This document shows, one piece after another, positions 63,107-64,000 of a stretch of 64,000 bases of DNA (position 1 is the first letter of the stretch; every line of letters starts with the position of its first letter). Below the pieces are notes generated by a model. That model did no database searches. It had not been told where the DNA came from and saw only the letters and a program-made list of their open reading frames with translations. The stretch covers positions 10,685,715-10,749,714 of the forward strand of contig JARDVH010000121.1 of assembly GCA_030324005.1 (NCBI GenBank), read 5' to 3'. A program made the position numbers and the translations under genes. This stretch comes from Negaprion brevirostris (taxonomy: Eukaryota).

Positions 63107-63654
63107 AAAGTATTGCAGTTTGACTTGAGACATGCAAGTCACTTATTCCAATGGGACATATCTAATGGCTTTGCACAATATTCAATCGCATCTGATGCCA
63201 CGCACTGATGTTGCTAAATCGTTGTCTTCCTGCATCAGTGTAATGAAATTATCATGTAACCATTTATCGCTTTCTTGCGGATCAAGCTACACTGTCATAC
63301 CTCAATGCGGTCTATGTCAATCTACTCCGCAATCCCTCTCAACAATGTCCAACTTGCATCTTCCCGAAACGAAGCCATCATCCTGCTGCACTTAAGAAGA
63401 GATTTTCGTACTTCATAATGACTTCATTATTTCAATTGTTCATAACGATTTAGAAATCTGATGGTCCCAGATATTTCTTTCAAGCATCAATATCAATTTG
63501 CCCTAACGCCTTCAATGTATGAATTCCGTCACCAATAGGTAACTGGTGCAAATATTTGCATTCAACCTATGATAACAGCGGATAAATTCAGAGGCACAAC
63601 TGTTCATTCATTTTGAATAAATGTGCAATCATCGTTTAAATATTCTTTGAACAG

Positions 63655-63681
63655 AAGTGACGTTCAATCAGAAACTGAAGG
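63655..63681 (+). CDS. Micro-exon E18, 27 nt, EVTFNQKLK
   Basis: tattctttgaacag|aagtgacgttcaatcagaaactgaagg|gtgagt. Confidence 0.82.
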
Positions 63682-64000
63682 GTGAGTGAAATAAATCATT
63701 TCGAAATCGATTTTGTGTTTTTTTTTTGACTGCCCTTTGAAATATTATAAAAACTGGTTAAGCAAAAACATTACTTTGTAAATGAAGGGCATTCAGAAAA
63801 ATGCAGTGCATAACCGTGAAACAATGATATGTAGGAGGACCATTAAGTAACGGCAGAAAGGCAGGATGAGTTTAGAAAACTGCCGGGAATGTAAAGGTTA
63901 TCACTTACGTTCCTGCAACTTTAACAGATAAAAATATAATAACTTGAACATTGAACCGACTCCGGACAATATTCTAAAAGAAAATAACAATACGAATAAA

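Larger units (their letters stand above)
4693..63681 (+). other. Internal portion of a multi-micro-exon gene encoding a long modular alpha-helical/coiled-coil region (both ends outside the window or not recognised)
   Basis: 18 AG..GT-bounded exons of 36/27/18 nt, all phase 1-1 and all on the + strand. They concatenate to 531 nt with no stop codon and give mutually similar E/K/L-rich peptides. Confidence 0.88.

Noticed and set aside
4693-63681. Identification as triadin or another known micro-exon gene
   Set aside because: Triadin micro-exons encode Pro-containing KEKE low-complexity sequence, whereas this peptide is Pro-free with periodic Leu. I recognise no specific known protein, so no symbol is assigned.
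1-64000. CRISPR arrays, operons or other prokaryotic systems
   Set aside because: The sequence is vertebrate intronic DNA; no regularly spaced repeat-spacer array was seen.

Overview
Draft-assembly vertebrate genomic DNA with many N gaps. It is very probably from a cartilaginous fish, inferred from the many HE1/V-SINE-type tRNA-derived SINEs plus CR1, Rex1/Babar, RTE and Penelope relics. None of the six-frame ORFs is a credible gene. The main signal is invisible to the ORF track: a single + strand gene crosses the window as a chain of at least 18 micro-exons (six of 36 nt, eleven of 27 nt, one of 18 nt). All have AG/GT boundaries, all are phase 1-1 and all are open in the same frame. They join into about 177 aa of E/K/L-rich helical, coiled-coil-like repeat: GIKELQENLSFA-EKQLEKKTK-AQNLLKKDK-ELQEANKSLDET-EQSLVKKEK-ECSALKDALTEK-NNALSQKEK-ELKRCAEQG-SSELEETEN-EVVRLKELLEES-EQNQKQKEK-EFKILLQNC-KEDIEEKES-ELEALQKKINEL-EEKIKA-DEISLEKMR-ELEKMRADSLAL-EVTFNQKLK. 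No start, stop, transmembrane or globular-domain exon was found, so the gene is not named. The architecture recalls avian BG/butyrophilin tails or the CD23 stalk. The introns contain nested retroelements, an LTR element, a Penelope-derived hairpin and a templated inverted duplication. Exons were found by eye, and repeat boundaries are approximate.
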